Of a DNA stretch of 60,624 nt, positions 31,850 through 41,031 are shown one piece after another. Source of the stretch: an uncultured Bacilli bacterium (GTDB lineage: Bacteria; Bacillota_I; Bacilli_A; RF39; UBA660); the NCBI GenBank assembly GCA_944358265.1, contig CALVQR010000002.1, positions 1 through 60,624 of the forward strand. Direction: 5' to 3'. The notes below the pieces were generated by a model, which was not told the origin of the DNA, ran no database searches, and worked only from the letters and a program-made list of their open reading frames with translations. Positions within the stretch are counted from its first letter, which is position 1. Each line of letters opens with the position of its first letter. Made by a program: the position numbers and the translations under genes.

Positions 31850-32461
31850 TTAGTCAATTGTTTTAATTGAATTTATTTTATTTTTTATTCTATATATTGT
31901 ACCATCAACTGATTTAGTAGATATATCTAAAAGTTTTGCAATTTCTTGGTATGAAAAACCTTGAATTCTAAGTTTAAAAACCTCAAATTCTTTATTAGTT
32001 AACATTTTTTTTATATTCTCCATTAATTCTGATTCTTCTTCTTCTATTATAAAAGAATCTTCAGGATTTAAATTCTGTGAATCAAATAAAATATCTAAAA
32101 GAGGTCTCCCTTTTCCATCATTGCTATAATCTATAGATAAAGCTTCATTCAAGGCCTTATGTTTTTGTCTTGTTACATTTCTAACAAAACTTTGAATTTG
32201 TCTTTCTATACATATTTTTGCAAATGTTATAAATTTTACATTTTTTTGGTATTTAAAATCTTGAATTGCATTATTTAATCCTAACAATCCTTCTTGAATT
32301 AAATCATTTAATTCATATCCTTTATTTTTTATGTAATTATAATACTTATTTGCAATAATTTCTATTAATGGTCTATATTTTTCAAAAAAAATCTCTTTTG
32401 CCTCTTCATTTTCTTCTGCAACTAAATATAACAATTCATAATCATTTTCATCATTATACAT
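31850..32461 (-). CDS. sigH: Sigma-70 family sigma factor, SigH-like by synteny
   Basis: About 200 aa with region 2 (DLIQEGLLGL) and a region 4 HTH (SYQEIAKLLDISTKSVDGTIYRIKNK). It sits between rlmB and secE, as does Bacillus sigH. Confidence 0.65.
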   Translation of the reverse strand: MYNDENDYELLYLVAEENEEAKEIFFEKYRPLIEIIANKYYNYIKNKGYELNDLIQEGLLGLNNAIQDFKYQKNVKFITFAKICIERQIQSFVRNVTRQKHKALNEALSIDYSNDGKGRPLLDILFDSQNLNPEDSFIIEEEESELMENIKKMLTNKEFEVFKLRIQGFSYQEIAKLLDISTKSVDGTIYRIKNKINSIKTID

Positions 32462-32468
32462 AATATAC

Positions 32469-33158
32469 CTACTTTCTTTGTCTTACAACTTCATAAATAA
32501 CTATCCCTGCTGCTACAGATGCATTTAAACTATTTATTTTTCCTTTCATTGGAATACTTATTATAAAATCACTTTTTTCTCTTGCAAGTCTACTTATTCC
32601 ATTGCCTTCAGCTCCAATTATAAGTACTGTCTTTTGATCATATTCTATACTTGTATAATCTTCTCCATCCATATCAGTTGCGTATATCCAAAAACCATTA
32701 TCTTTTAATTTTTCTATTGCTACTGATATATTACTCACCTCTACTATTTTCATATTGTTAAGTGATCCTGCACTAACTTTCATAACTGTAGAATTAACTT
32801 GAGTGCTTCTTTTTTTAGGAATTATTATAAAATCTACACCTGCAGCTTCGCATGTTCTTATAATTGCACCAAAATTATGTGGATCTTCTAGATGATCCAA
32901 TATTACAATAAAATTACTATTATAAACTTCATCTAAACTATGATATTTATAATCTTCTATATCAAGAACTATTCCTTGATGATTTCCATTATACTTTTTA
33001 TCCATAATATTCTTATCTAACAATTGGGTTCTAATATTATTATTCTCCAAAAATTTTAAAATTCCACTATCATTGAAGTTTTTTGTAATAAAAACTTGAT
33101 TAATTTTAATTTTACTATTTATAACTTCAATTGCCACATTTTTACCATATACTATCAT
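32469..33158 (-). CDS. rlmB: 23S rRNA (guanosine-2'-O)-methyltransferase RlmB (TrmH/SpoU family)
   Basis: Contains the SpoU motifs PHNFGAIIRT, IGAEGNGIS and SLNASVAAGI. The start ATG overlaps the mrnC stop (ATGA). Confidence 0.88.
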   Translation of the reverse strand: MIVYGKNVAIEVINSKIKINQVFITKNFNDSGILKFLENNNIRTQLLDKNIMDKKYNGNHQGIVLDIEDYKYHSLDEVYNSNFIVILDHLEDPHNFGAIIRTCEAAGVDFIIIPKKRSTQVNSTVMKVSAGSLNNMKIVEVSNISVAIEKLKDNGFWIYATDMDGEDYTSIEYDQKTVLIIGAEGNGISRLAREKSDFIISIPMKGKINSLNASVAAGIVIYEVVRQRK

Positions 33159-33535
33159 AAATCTTCTCCTAATATTATATTTATTAAATCATATATTCTA
33201 TTTTTATTTTCTTTTATATACAAATATCCAAATAAACATTCTAAAGCTGTTGCCCATTTATATGTTAATATATCAGTATTCTTTGGATGAGAAAATACTT
33301 TTGCATTTCTTCCTCTTTTTACTATATCTATTTCCTCTTCATTTAATATGTTATTTTTTAAAAAGTAATTAATATATTTTGCCTGTGCTTTTGCAGATAC
33401 GTATTTAGTTACTTTATTCTGAAGATTATTAACTTTATTTATATTTTGTTTTATAAAATGTTCTCTTATTAATAATTCATATACACTATCCCCTAAATAT
33501 GCGAGTACTAAAGAATTTATTTGATCTGTATTCAT
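33155..33535 (-). CDS. mrnC: Mini-ribonuclease 3
   Basis: LVLAYLGDSVYELLIREH... has the RNase III-like signature. It is 126 aa and lies upstream of rlmB as in Bacillus. The stop codon is TGA. Confidence 0.88.
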   Translation of the reverse strand: MNTDQINSLVLAYLGDSVYELLIREHFIKQNINKVNNLQNKVTKYVSAKAQAKYINYFLKNNILNEEEIDIVKRGRNAKVFSHPKNTDILTYKWATALECLFGYLYIKENKNRIYDLINIILGEDL

Positions 33536-33594
33536 AAGAAATCTCCTTGTGCATATAATAACACATTTTCAAATTTTTGCAAAATAAAAGAATA

Positions 33595-33879
33595 CTAATC
33601 TGGTATTCTAATAATTATTTCTCCATCTTTTGAATATAAATATTTTTCCCTAGCATATCTTGCAACATAATCCGGATTTTGAAGTTTTGTTACAGTACTA
33701 TTTAATTCTTCTTCCTTTTCTTTTAATTCTTCAAGCATTAAAGTAAATTCTTTTTTCTCTTTTCTTTTATCATATATTTGTAAGGATGTTTGAACTATAC
33801 TTTTAAGTAAAATAACTCCAATTACTAGAAATACTAATGTTACTAAAACTAATTTCTTTTTTATCTGTTTCTGTTTCAT
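33595..33879 (-). CDS. divIC: Septum formation initiator (DivIC/FtsB family)
   Basis: N-terminal TM helix, a coiled coil, and a C-terminal ...NPDYVARYAREKYLYSKDGEIIIRI. It lies downstream of yabP-yabQ. Confidence 0.85.
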   Translation of the reverse strand: MKQKQIKKKLVLVTLVFLVIGVILLKSIVQTSLQIYDKRKEKKEFTLMLEELKEKEEELNSTVTKLQNPDYVARYAREKYLYSKDGEIIIRIPD

Positions 33880-33931
33880 TAGATTCCTCCTTATAATTAG
33901 AGTATATCATTACTATTTTTTTAAGTCAATT

Positions 33932-34204
33932 TTATTTTTTTTTACTGTCAAATAAATATACATAAAAAATATTCCCTAAAATAAATGTAATTAAAAAATA
34001 TAAATGTATAATTCCATTATTTATTAATGATAAGAGAATAAAATATAATAAAACATGATCAAATATAAAGAATAGACTTAATATTAATTTAAAAAATTTC
34101 ATTCTTGACGTTAAGTATTTATAATTTAATTTATATGTAAATGCAAAAAATATCCCATATAAAAAAGAAAAAGCTAGTGATTTAATCTGAATTATTAATG
34201 TCAT
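33932..34204 (-). CDS. yabQ: Spore cortex biosynthesis protein YabQ-like membrane protein
   Basis: 90 aa with three hydrophobic helices. It overlaps the yabP stop by 4 nt, and its position between yabP and divIC is conserved. Confidence 0.7.
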   Translation of the reverse strand: MTLIIQIKSLAFSFLYGIFFAFTYKLNYKYLTSRMKFFKLILSLFFIFDHVLLYFILLSLINNGIIHLYFLITFILGNIFYVYLFDSKKK

Positions 34205-34488
34205 TTAAATAATTTTGTAAAAACAGAGGATTCTTTTTTAGCATTTTCATCTATATAATTTAATGCGTCTATTCTTCCCTTTATTGTTACATTTCCTTGA
34301 TATGTATCTAGTTTTACTACTTCTAAATTTTCTCCCTTTATATTCATATAACCTTGCACAGTTTCTATTAAAAATTCTTCATTATCAAAACTATCTATTT
34401 TTACTACACCTGAAATTATAATATTTTTTCTTTCTGATACTGAAAAAGAATGATTTAAATTAGTACTAACATCTTTTATCATTTCCAT
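34201..34488 (-). CDS. yabP: Sporulation protein YabP
   Basis: 95 aa: ...SERKNIIISGVVKIDSFDNEEFLIETVQGYMNIKGENLEVVKLDTYQGNVTIKGRIDALNY is the typical YabP/YqfC pattern. Confidence 0.85.
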   Translation of the reverse strand: MEMIKDVSTNLNHSFSVSERKNIIISGVVKIDSFDNEEFLIETVQGYMNIKGENLEVVKLDTYQGNVTIKGRIDALNYIDENAKKESSVFTKLFK

Positions 34489-34556
34489 ATTATCCTCCTC
34501 ATATTAGATAATATGCTTGTACAAATTTTTTAGAACAAAAAATAACTCTTGTTGAG

Positions 34557-34820
34557 TTATTCTTGATTATTATATTCTTCTAATATAGCTCCTTCAACAA
34601 TATCTCTTGCTTCTTGAGAAATTGGATGAACTATATCTCTATAATCACCTGTTGCTGTTTTTCTACTTGGCATTGCAACAAATAATCCATTATCTCCTGA
34701 TATAATTCTAATATCATGAATTGCAATCATATCATCCAATAATATAGAAGCAATCCCTTTCATTCTTGAATTTTCCTTTTCTATTTTTTTAACCTTTACT
34801 GATGTAACTTTCATCAACAT
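34557..34820 (-). CDS. spoVG: Septation/sporulation regulator SpoVG
   Basis: MKVTSVKVKKI...KGIASILLDDMIAIHDIRIISGDNGLFVAMPSRK...YRDIVHPI... Confidence 0.95.
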   Translation of the reverse strand: MLMKVTSVKVKKIEKENSRMKGIASILLDDMIAIHDIRIISGDNGLFVAMPSRKTATGDYRDIVHPISQEARDIVEGAILEEYNNQE

Positions 34821-34912
34821 TTCATCTCCTTCCAGTATTAGTTATATTTATTATATATTATTGATATATTTTTATCAAGAGTTTTTATTTTATTAAGTAT
34901 TATTAATGTAAA

Positions 34913-35281
34913 TTATTGTAATATTACATTATAAATATATTGATAATCTACATATGTAACTTCTACTTTTGAATCACTTGTATTTATATCTTTATAGGTT
35001 TTTGGATTTATCAAATTATCACTATCTAAATATTTTGATTTTACTAAATCATCAATTGTTATTGTTACTTTTTCTCCTCTTTTTAATGAGTTAATAATAT
35101 CTTCATCCGTAGATATATATTTTTGAGTAGCAGAAATGATTATTTCTTCAAATTTTGCATAAGAAATATCTTTATATTTTTCTCCCTTTTCACTAATGGA
35201 AGTAAATACTAAAGTCCCTATAATTAATATTACAAATACAACAGCGATTAATTCTATTAATGTAAATCCATTTTTGTTCAT
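34913..35281 (-). CDS. Prepilin-type N-terminal cleavage/methylation domain protein (type IV pilin or ComGC-like pseudopilin)
   Basis: MNKNGFTLIELIAVVFVILIIG has the class III signal peptide motif G/FTLIE. The start was refined to ATG 35281, after AGGTGA. Confidence 0.85.
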   Translation of the reverse strand: MNKNGFTLIELIAVVFVILIIGTLVFTSISEKGEKYKDISYAKFEEIIISATQKYISTDEDIINSLKRGEKVTITIDDLVKSKYLDSDNLINPKTYKDINTSDSKVEVTYVDYQYIYNVILQ

Positions 35282-35327
35282 TTTTATCACCTACTATGAA
35301 AATAGTATATCACAAAAAGAAAAACAA

Positions 35328-35537
35328 TTATACTTTTTTTAGTACAATTGTTTTACAAATTACATCGGAATAACTAAACGAAAGAAGCATATCATTTATT
35401 TCAATTGTAAAAATTTTATTATATATTCCTTTAATTATTCCTTGTTCTATTCTTTTTCTACTTCTTCCTTCATCAATTATAGCTGTTACTTTTTTATCTT
35501 TTAATTTATATAATTCTTTTTTTATATTTTCAAGCAT
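35328..35537 (-). CDS. veg: Veg protein
   Basis: 69 aa: ...GRSRKRIEQGIIKGIYNKIFTIEI... It is adjacent to yabG and rsmA as in Bacillus. Confidence 0.85.
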   Translation of the reverse strand: MLENIKKELYKLKDKKVTAIIDEGRSRKRIEQGIIKGIYNKIFTIEINDMLLSFSYSDVICKTIVLKKV

Positions 35538-35545
35538 ATTTCACC

Positions 35546-36325
35546 TTATCTTGGATAACCAACATACATGCTACCGTAAGATTTTATTCCACCTATGCCA
35601 TCTTTTCCGCATTTTGTTTTATTAAGCAATTCTATTATATTTAGTTCTTTAGTATTTTCAGTCTTTGATATTGAAATTGCAATGATTGCAGGATCCAAAG
35701 CATGAATATTAACTCTTTTTGGACTCGATGCAAAATTAGCACCTGCACTTATTAATTCCTCATAATTAGATTGACACGCACCTGCAATTATTTTAAGTTT
35801 ATCATATGATTTTTCATAATTCCTGGCAACTCTTATTGCTCTTGCAAAATTATCACTATTTTTGTATGTTCTTTCATCCAGACCTTTCTGTTTATAATAT
35901 GCATCATGTCCTGTAATTATTACTATATCTGGTTTTATATCATCTAGATATTTTGTTATATTTTTATATAAATTTTCTTCTTTTTCATATACACCATATG
36001 CTTGAAGTCCGGCACTTTTATAAAATTTTAAACATCTTTTTAAATACTCATTATCTCCATCAATATGTAATATCTTCCCTGGTATATAAAAAAAATCATC
36101 TCTTTCTTCAGGTATATTTTCATTTAAAGCTTCAAGAAGTCTTTCATCATCATTACTGTTATCCTCTAATATTTCTTCTTTTTTTAAATCAGACAATTCA
36201 CTATCTGCACACAATCTAATATCAATTCCACTTAAATAATAAATATTATTTTCTATTTTTGTTACCTTAAAAAGCATATCATTATTATATTTATTCCTTG
36301 AAACAATATCTCCTACATTTATCAT
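35546..36325 (-). CDS. yabG: Sporulation-specific peptidase YabG
   Basis: 259 aa with IITGHDAY, AGACQSNYE and NIHALDPA blocks typical of YabG. Synteny with veg and rsmA supports the call. Confidence 0.85.
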   Translation of the reverse strand: MINVGDIVSRNKYNNDMLFKVTKIENNIYYLSGIDIRLCADSELSDLKKEEILEDNSNDDERLLEALNENIPEERDDFFYIPGKILHIDGDNEYLKRCLKFYKSAGLQAYGVYEKEENLYKNITKYLDDIKPDIVIITGHDAYYKQKGLDERTYKNSDNFARAIRVARNYEKSYDKLKIIAGACQSNYEELISAGANFASSPKRVNIHALDPAIIAISISKTENTKELNIIELLNKTKCGKDGIGGIKSYGSMYVGYPR

Positions 36326-36366
36326 ACAATCACCACACTATATTTTATGAAAATAAGAAAATGAAG

Positions 36367-37185
36367 TTACATAACTTCATTTAATTTATTACTTATTTCT
36401 ACAAATTGTTCTATTTCTAGACTCTCTGCGCGAACATTTAAATCTAAATTATACTTTGAAAGAACTTCCTTTATAATTTCTAAATTATATTCTTTTAAGT
36501 TATTTTTTAAATTTTTTCTTTTATATTTAAAAGAATCTCTTACTAATTTAAAAAATAATTCTTCATTAATCACATTATATTTATTTTTTGTTTTTTTCAT
36601 TTCTACTACAACACTATCAACATTAGGTGCCGGTACAAAAGAGTTTCTTGAAACATTTATTATTTTTTTTATATCAAAATAATAATTTAAAAAAACTGTT
36701 AATGAATTATATTCTTTACTTCCTACTTTTGCACTAAATCTATCTCCTACTTCTTTTTGAACCATAACAACAATTTTATCAACATCTAGATTATCATTTA
36801 TTATCTTTTCTATTATTGGTGTTGTTATATAATAAGGAAGATTAGCAACTACATAAAGTTTAGAATAACTATATTTTTCTATATCTTTTTTTACATTACT
36901 TTTTAAAAAATCTATAAATAATACTTCAACATTATCTTTATCTTTAAGTTCTTCTTTTATTATTGGTTTTAAAGTTTCATCTATTTCATATGCTAATACA
37001 TTTTTAGCAGATTTACATAAAAATTTAGTTAAAGCAGCAGCTCCGACTCCTATTTCAATAACTAAAGTATCATTATCTATTTCACTTTTTTGTACTATGT
37101 TTTGAAGAATATTTTTATCTTTTAAAAAATTTTGTCCAAATTTTTTTTTAAATTTAAAATCATATTTTTCTAATAAATTTCCCAT
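36367..37185 (-). CDS. rsmA: 16S rRNA (adenine1518/1519-N6)-dimethyltransferase
   Basis: KKKFGQNFLKD...EIGVGAAALT...ANLPYYITTPI. Confidence 0.95.
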   Translation of the reverse strand: MGNLLEKYDFKFKKKFGQNFLKDKNILQNIVQKSEIDNDTLVIEIGVGAAALTKFLCKSAKNVLAYEIDETLKPIIKEELKDKDNVEVLFIDFLKSNVKKDIEKYSYSKLYVVANLPYYITTPIIEKIINDNLDVDKIVVMVQKEVGDRFSAKVGSKEYNSLTVFLNYYFDIKKIINVSRNSFVPAPNVDSVVVEMKKTKNKYNVINEELFFKLVRDSFKYKRKNLKNNLKEYNLEIIKEVLSKYNLDLNVRAESLEIEQFVEISNKLNEVM

Positions 37186-37193
37186 ATTAACTC

Positions 37194-37943
37194 CTATATA
37201 TTAAATAAATTTTTAGCATTTTGCACTGTAATTTTTAATATTTCTTCTTCACTTACGTTAAGTTCTTCTGCAATTTTTTCTATAATATATGTTATATTTA
37301 ATGGTGTATTTTTCTCACCTCTTTTTGGTTCTGGTGAAAGATAAGGGGAATCTGTCTCAACAAGAATATGATTAATATCAATTTTTTTTATCATTTCTCT
37401 TTGCTTTCTATTATTTTTATAAGTTATTGGTCCATCTATGCCTATGTAAAAACCTAGTTTAATAAATTCTTTTGCCATTTCAGTACTTCCTGAATAACAA
37501 TGAATACTTCCTTTTATCTTATATTTCTTTAATATATCATATACATCTTGAACTGCATCTCTACTATGTACAATTACTGGTAAATTATTTCTTTCAGCAA
37601 GTTCTAACATCTTTTTGAATAATTTTTTTTGCTCTTCTTTATTATCCTTAACCCAATAATAATCAAGACCAATTTCACCAATTGCGATAACTTTATCATT
37701 TTTTAATTGACTTTCGAGTAAATCAATATCAGATTCAGAAATATTATCTACAACAGAATGATCATATCCAATTGCGGCATATACATTATCATATTTTTTA
37801 GATAATTCAAGTACTTCTAAATTGCTTTTTTTATCAATACCATTAAGTATAATTTTAATATTTTTTAGTTCACATTCTTTTATTATTTCTTCTGCATTAC
37901 TATATTCACTTTTATACATATGACAATGTGTATCTATAATCAT
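37194..37943 (-). CDS. tatD: TatD-family metal-dependent hydrolase
   Basis: MIIDTHCHM...EIGLDYYW...HSRDA...ETDSPYL. The start was refined to ATG 37943. Confidence 0.92.
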   Translation of the reverse strand: MIIDTHCHMYKSEYSNAEEIIKECELKNIKIILNGIDKKSNLEVLELSKKYDNVYAAIGYDHSVVDNISESDIDLLESQLKNDKVIAIGEIGLDYYWVKDNKEEQKKLFKKMLELAERNNLPVIVHSRDAVQDVYDILKKYKIKGSIHCYSGSTEMAKEFIKLGFYIGIDGPITYKNNRKQREMIKKIDINHILVETDSPYLSPEPKRGEKNTPLNITYIIEKIAEELNVSEEEILKITVQNAKNLFNI

Positions 37944-37995
37944 AAAACTCACCAACCTAAAAAAATTATACCACATTTGGTATAATCTTTTATAA

Positions 37996-39564
37996 TTATT
38001 TATTCATTTGATTTTTAATATACTCTATTTCTTCTTCTTTATCTAATCTAATAAATAAAGGTTCTCCTTTTTCTACAACTTTTGTATTTTCTTTTATTAT
38101 ATTATTGTCTGCTAAAGATTCCCATGTGTTTTCTTCTGTTATATTTAATTGATTTAATATATTTATAGAAGTTTGTGGAATAAAAGGTTTTATTAGTATA
38201 GCTATTTTTCTAAGAATTTCAGCTAAATTATACATAACAGATTTTAATTTTTCTTGATCTTCTTTTACAAGAACCCAAGGTGATGTCTCATCTATATATT
38301 TATTTGTTCTTGATATTAAAGACCATATTTCAGAAAGTGCATTACTAACATGATATGAGTCCATATTTTCTTCTACTTTTTTTATTTGATTTTTTGCAAA
38401 TTCAAATAAAGAATCATCAAATTCTGTTTTAGATACTATTTTTGTTGGAATAATTCCATCAAAATATTTATTCATCATACCAATTGTTCTATTAAGTAGA
38501 TTCCCTAAATCGTTAGCTAAATCAGAATTATATCTTTCAACAAAATCTTCTGGAGTAAACATTGAATCTTTATCAAAACCCATCAATCTTAAAAAATAAT
38601 ATTTAGTTGCATCTAAACCATATCTTTCAATTAAAGTTTCTGGATAAATAACATTCCCAACTGACTTACTCATTTTTCCATCTTTCATTACTATCCAACT
38701 ATGTGCATATATTTTTTTTGGAAGTTCTAGTCCTAATGCATGTAAAAATATTGGCCAATATATACCATGAAATCTTATTATTTCTTTACCAACAACATGT
38801 AAATCAGCAGGCCAGTACTTTTTAAATAAAGTATCATCATCAGACATATAACCTAAAGCCGTTATATAATTTGTAAGAGCATCTAACCATACATAAAGTA
38901 CATGTTTAGAATCATTTGGCATTCGTATTCCCCAATCAAATGATGATCTACTTATACATAAATCTTCTAATCCAGGATTAATAAAATTACTAAATATTTC
39001 ATTTTTTCTTGATTCTGGTTCTATAAAATTAGGATTTTCTTTGTAAAAATCTTTTAACCATCCCTCATATTTTTTCATATTAAAGAAATATGCTTCTTCT
39101 TTCATCTTTTTTACTTCTCTACCACAATCAGGGCATTTTCCATCTATAAGCTGAGTTTCTGTAAAATAATTTTCACAAGGCATACAATACCAATCTTCAT
39201 ATACTCCTTTGTAAATATCACCATTATCTAAAAATTTTTGCACTATTTTCTTAACTACTTTTTCATGTCTTTCATCTGTTGTTCTAATAAAATCATTATA
39301 ACTAATATCCATTAAATTCCACAACTCTTTTGCTTTTTTTGCCATAGTATCAACATATTCTTTTGGAGTAAGTCCATTTTTTTCAGCAACTGTTTGTATT
39401 TTTTGGCCATGTTCATCAAGACCTGTTAACATATATGCATCATACCCTCTTAATTCTTTATACCTTTTAATACAATCTACAAGAGTTGTACAATATGCTG
39501 TTCCTATATGAAATCTTCCACTTGGATAATATATTGGCGTTGTTATATAAAATGTCTTTTTCAA
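37996..39564 (-). CDS. metG: Methionine--tRNA ligase (short form without the C-terminal tRNA-binding domain)
   Basis: Contains the HIGTAY (HIGH) and KMSKS motifs and a Zn knuckle CxxC...CxxC. 522 aa. Confidence 0.96.
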   Translation of the reverse strand: MKKTFYITTPIYYPSGRFHIGTAYCTTLVDCIKRYKELRGYDAYMLTGLDEHGQKIQTVAEKNGLTPKEYVDTMAKKAKELWNLMDISYNDFIRTTDERHEKVVKKIVQKFLDNGDIYKGVYEDWYCMPCENYFTETQLIDGKCPDCGREVKKMKEEAYFFNMKKYEGWLKDFYKENPNFIEPESRKNEIFSNFINPGLEDLCISRSSFDWGIRMPNDSKHVLYVWLDALTNYITALGYMSDDDTLFKKYWPADLHVVGKEIIRFHGIYWPIFLHALGLELPKKIYAHSWIVMKDGKMSKSVGNVIYPETLIERYGLDATKYYFLRLMGFDKDSMFTPEDFVERYNSDLANDLGNLLNRTIGMMNKYFDGIIPTKIVSKTEFDDSLFEFAKNQIKKVEENMDSYHVSNALSEIWSLISRTNKYIDETSPWVLVKEDQEKLKSVMYNLAEILRKIAILIKPFIPQTSINILNQLNITEENTWESLADNNIIKENTKVVEKGEPLFIRLDKEEEIEYIKNQMNK

Positions 39565-39566
39565 AA

Positions 39567-40040
39567 TTATTCACCCTCTTCTTTTGAAGTTGAACCAAAT
39601 CCACCAGTTCTTTCTCCAATTGCATTATCGTTATCTACTGTTAAAAATTTTTGAAATACTACTTGACCAATTACTTCTCCCTTTTTTATTTTTAAAGGTT
39701 CATCGCCTATATTGTAATATGCAAACATAAATTCACCGTCATTGTCAGGATTATTATAATAATCTGCATCTATTATACCAATTCCATTAGCAAGTACTAA
39801 TTTCTTTTTACCTGGATTACTTGAACGATTAGCAAGCATATACCATTCATCACTTTGACAATATGCTTTTAATCCCGTATGTATTAATGTTGGTTTACAA
39901 CCTTTTTCAAAAACTGGAATAACTACATCCTCTGCAGCTTCTATATCATATCCAGCGCTTTTTGATGTTTTACGAACGGGTAAATTTATATTTTTATTTT
40001 CCCATCCTTTTGCAACTTCAAATCCTCTTATTTTTTCCAT
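39567..40040 (-). CDS. dut: dUTP diphosphatase (trimeric dUTPase/dCTP deaminase superfamily)
   Basis: KSAGYDI, GIGIIDADYY and a C-terminal RTGGFGST motif. Confidence 0.85.
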   Translation of the reverse strand: MEKIRGFEVAKGWENKNINLPVRKTSKSAGYDIEAAEDVVIPVFEKGCKPTLIHTGLKAYCQSDEWYMLANRSSNPGKKKLVLANGIGIIDADYYNNPDNDGEFMFAYYNIGDEPLKIKKGEVIGQVVFQKFLTVDNDNAIGERTGGFGSTSKEEGE

Positions 40041-40101
40041 AGTATAACCTCCAAAATAAATTTCATATCAGTAGTTACCTTCTTATTCGCTCACTTCGTA
40101 G

Positions 40102-40117
40102 ATAGAGTATACTCTAT
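40102..40117. promoter_or_regulatory. 16-bp perfect palindrome upstream of dut-metG (candidate operator or hairpin)
   Basis: ATAGAGTATACTCTAT lies about 60 nt upstream of the dut ATG. It has A-run and T-run flanks. Its function is unknown. Confidence 0.3.
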
Positions 40118-40425
40118 TTTTTATAGGCTTAAATTAAGATAGTCACTACCATATTTTTTCTTCTCTTTTTTTATTATAACTTATTTTCTTTATTTTTAAT
40201 AGTGTTTTTTTAATCCGTGATACATTATATTTACTATAATTAAATCTTTTGTTTCTTCTATTTTAATCTCATAATGGATATATATAATTTTACATGAATA
40301 ATAACTATCTACTTAATATTTTCCTTTTATCAAAAAATATATATTTTTTCAATCACTTGTTACTACTAAATTTTTTCTACTATATTTGTTTTATTTTAAT
40401 TTTTTTCTTAAACAACGTTACTTAT

Positions 40426-40456
40426 ATAAAAAATTCTAACATAGTTAGAATTTTTA
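40426..40456 (-). terminator. Bidirectional rho-independent terminator after spoVT
   Basis: AATTCTAAC-ata-GTTAGAATT, flanked by an A run on one side and a T run on the other. Confidence 0.65.
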
Positions 40457-40461
40457 TAGTC

Positions 40462-40986
40462 TCATTCTATATAATTAGATATTAATTTTGATACAATTTC
40501 AAGAGATAATTTATCTGTTTCAATTATTTTTTTATTTGATATCATAGCTATTACACCTAGTACATCGCTATTTGTTATTATAGGAATTATATGATAATTT
40601 GTATTTAATATTTCATTTTCTATAAGTTCCAACTTACCATTATCATTTGACATAATTGGCATTCTACTATCTATTACATAATTAATAGTATCCCCTATAT
40701 TTTTATTTAAATAATCTAATTTTTTATTTTCTTGACAAGATATTATCTTATCCCTATCTGTTATAAATATATAATTACCTGTAATTTTATTTAAAGTATA
40801 TACAAAATTATATAACATTTTTTCCATATCACTAAATGAAGAAAACTTTTTTAAAATTATTTCTTCATTATCAATAAATATTTCTAATATTTCATTTTCC
40901 TTTATTTTTAAATTTTTTCTTATTTCCTTTGGAATTACTATTCTGCCTAAGTCATCTATTCTTCGAGTTATTCCCGTTGATTTCAT
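40462..40986 (-). CDS. spoVT: Stage V sporulation regulator SpoVT (AbrB-family N-terminal domain plus GAF-like domain)
   Basis: MKSTGITRRIDDLGRIVIPKEIRKNLKI... It lies immediately downstream of mfd as in Bacillus. The start was refined to ATG 40986 (GGGGAGG upstream). The stop codon is TGA. Confidence 0.9.
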   Translation of the reverse strand: MKSTGITRRIDDLGRIVIPKEIRKNLKIKENEILEIFIDNEEIILKKFSSFSDMEKMLYNFVYTLNKITGNYIFITDRDKIISCQENKKLDYLNKNIGDTINYVIDSRMPIMSNDNGKLELIENEILNTNYHIIPIITNSDVLGVIAMISNKKIIETDKLSLEIVSKLISNYIE

Positions 40987-41031
40987 AAGTTTTCCTCCCC
41001 ACAATTATATTTTGGGAAAACTTAGATGCTT

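Noticed and set aside
40041-40461. Met-specific T-box riboswitch upstream of dut-metG.
   Set aside because: I found no convincing T-box 14-mer, no specifier-loop, AG-bulge or GNUGGA-type elements, and no terminator/antiterminator alternative. I kept it only as an unexplained long leader in the findings.
5432-40464. Genome-wide genetic code 4 (TGA=Trp), suggested by the TGA at the conserved Trp of dnaA and the in-frame TGA in the 3514..4638 gene.
   Set aside because: TGA behaves as a genuine stop for smpB (5432), the methyltransferase (27976), mrnC (33155, overlapping the rlmB ATG as ATGA) and spoVT (40462, followed by its terminator). Reading through these would add implausible tails, and the smpB tail would run into tmRNA. 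All Trp codons I checked in long core genes (rpoC, rpoB, fusA, dnaA itself at NTWF) are TGG, and those genes are uninterrupted under code 11.
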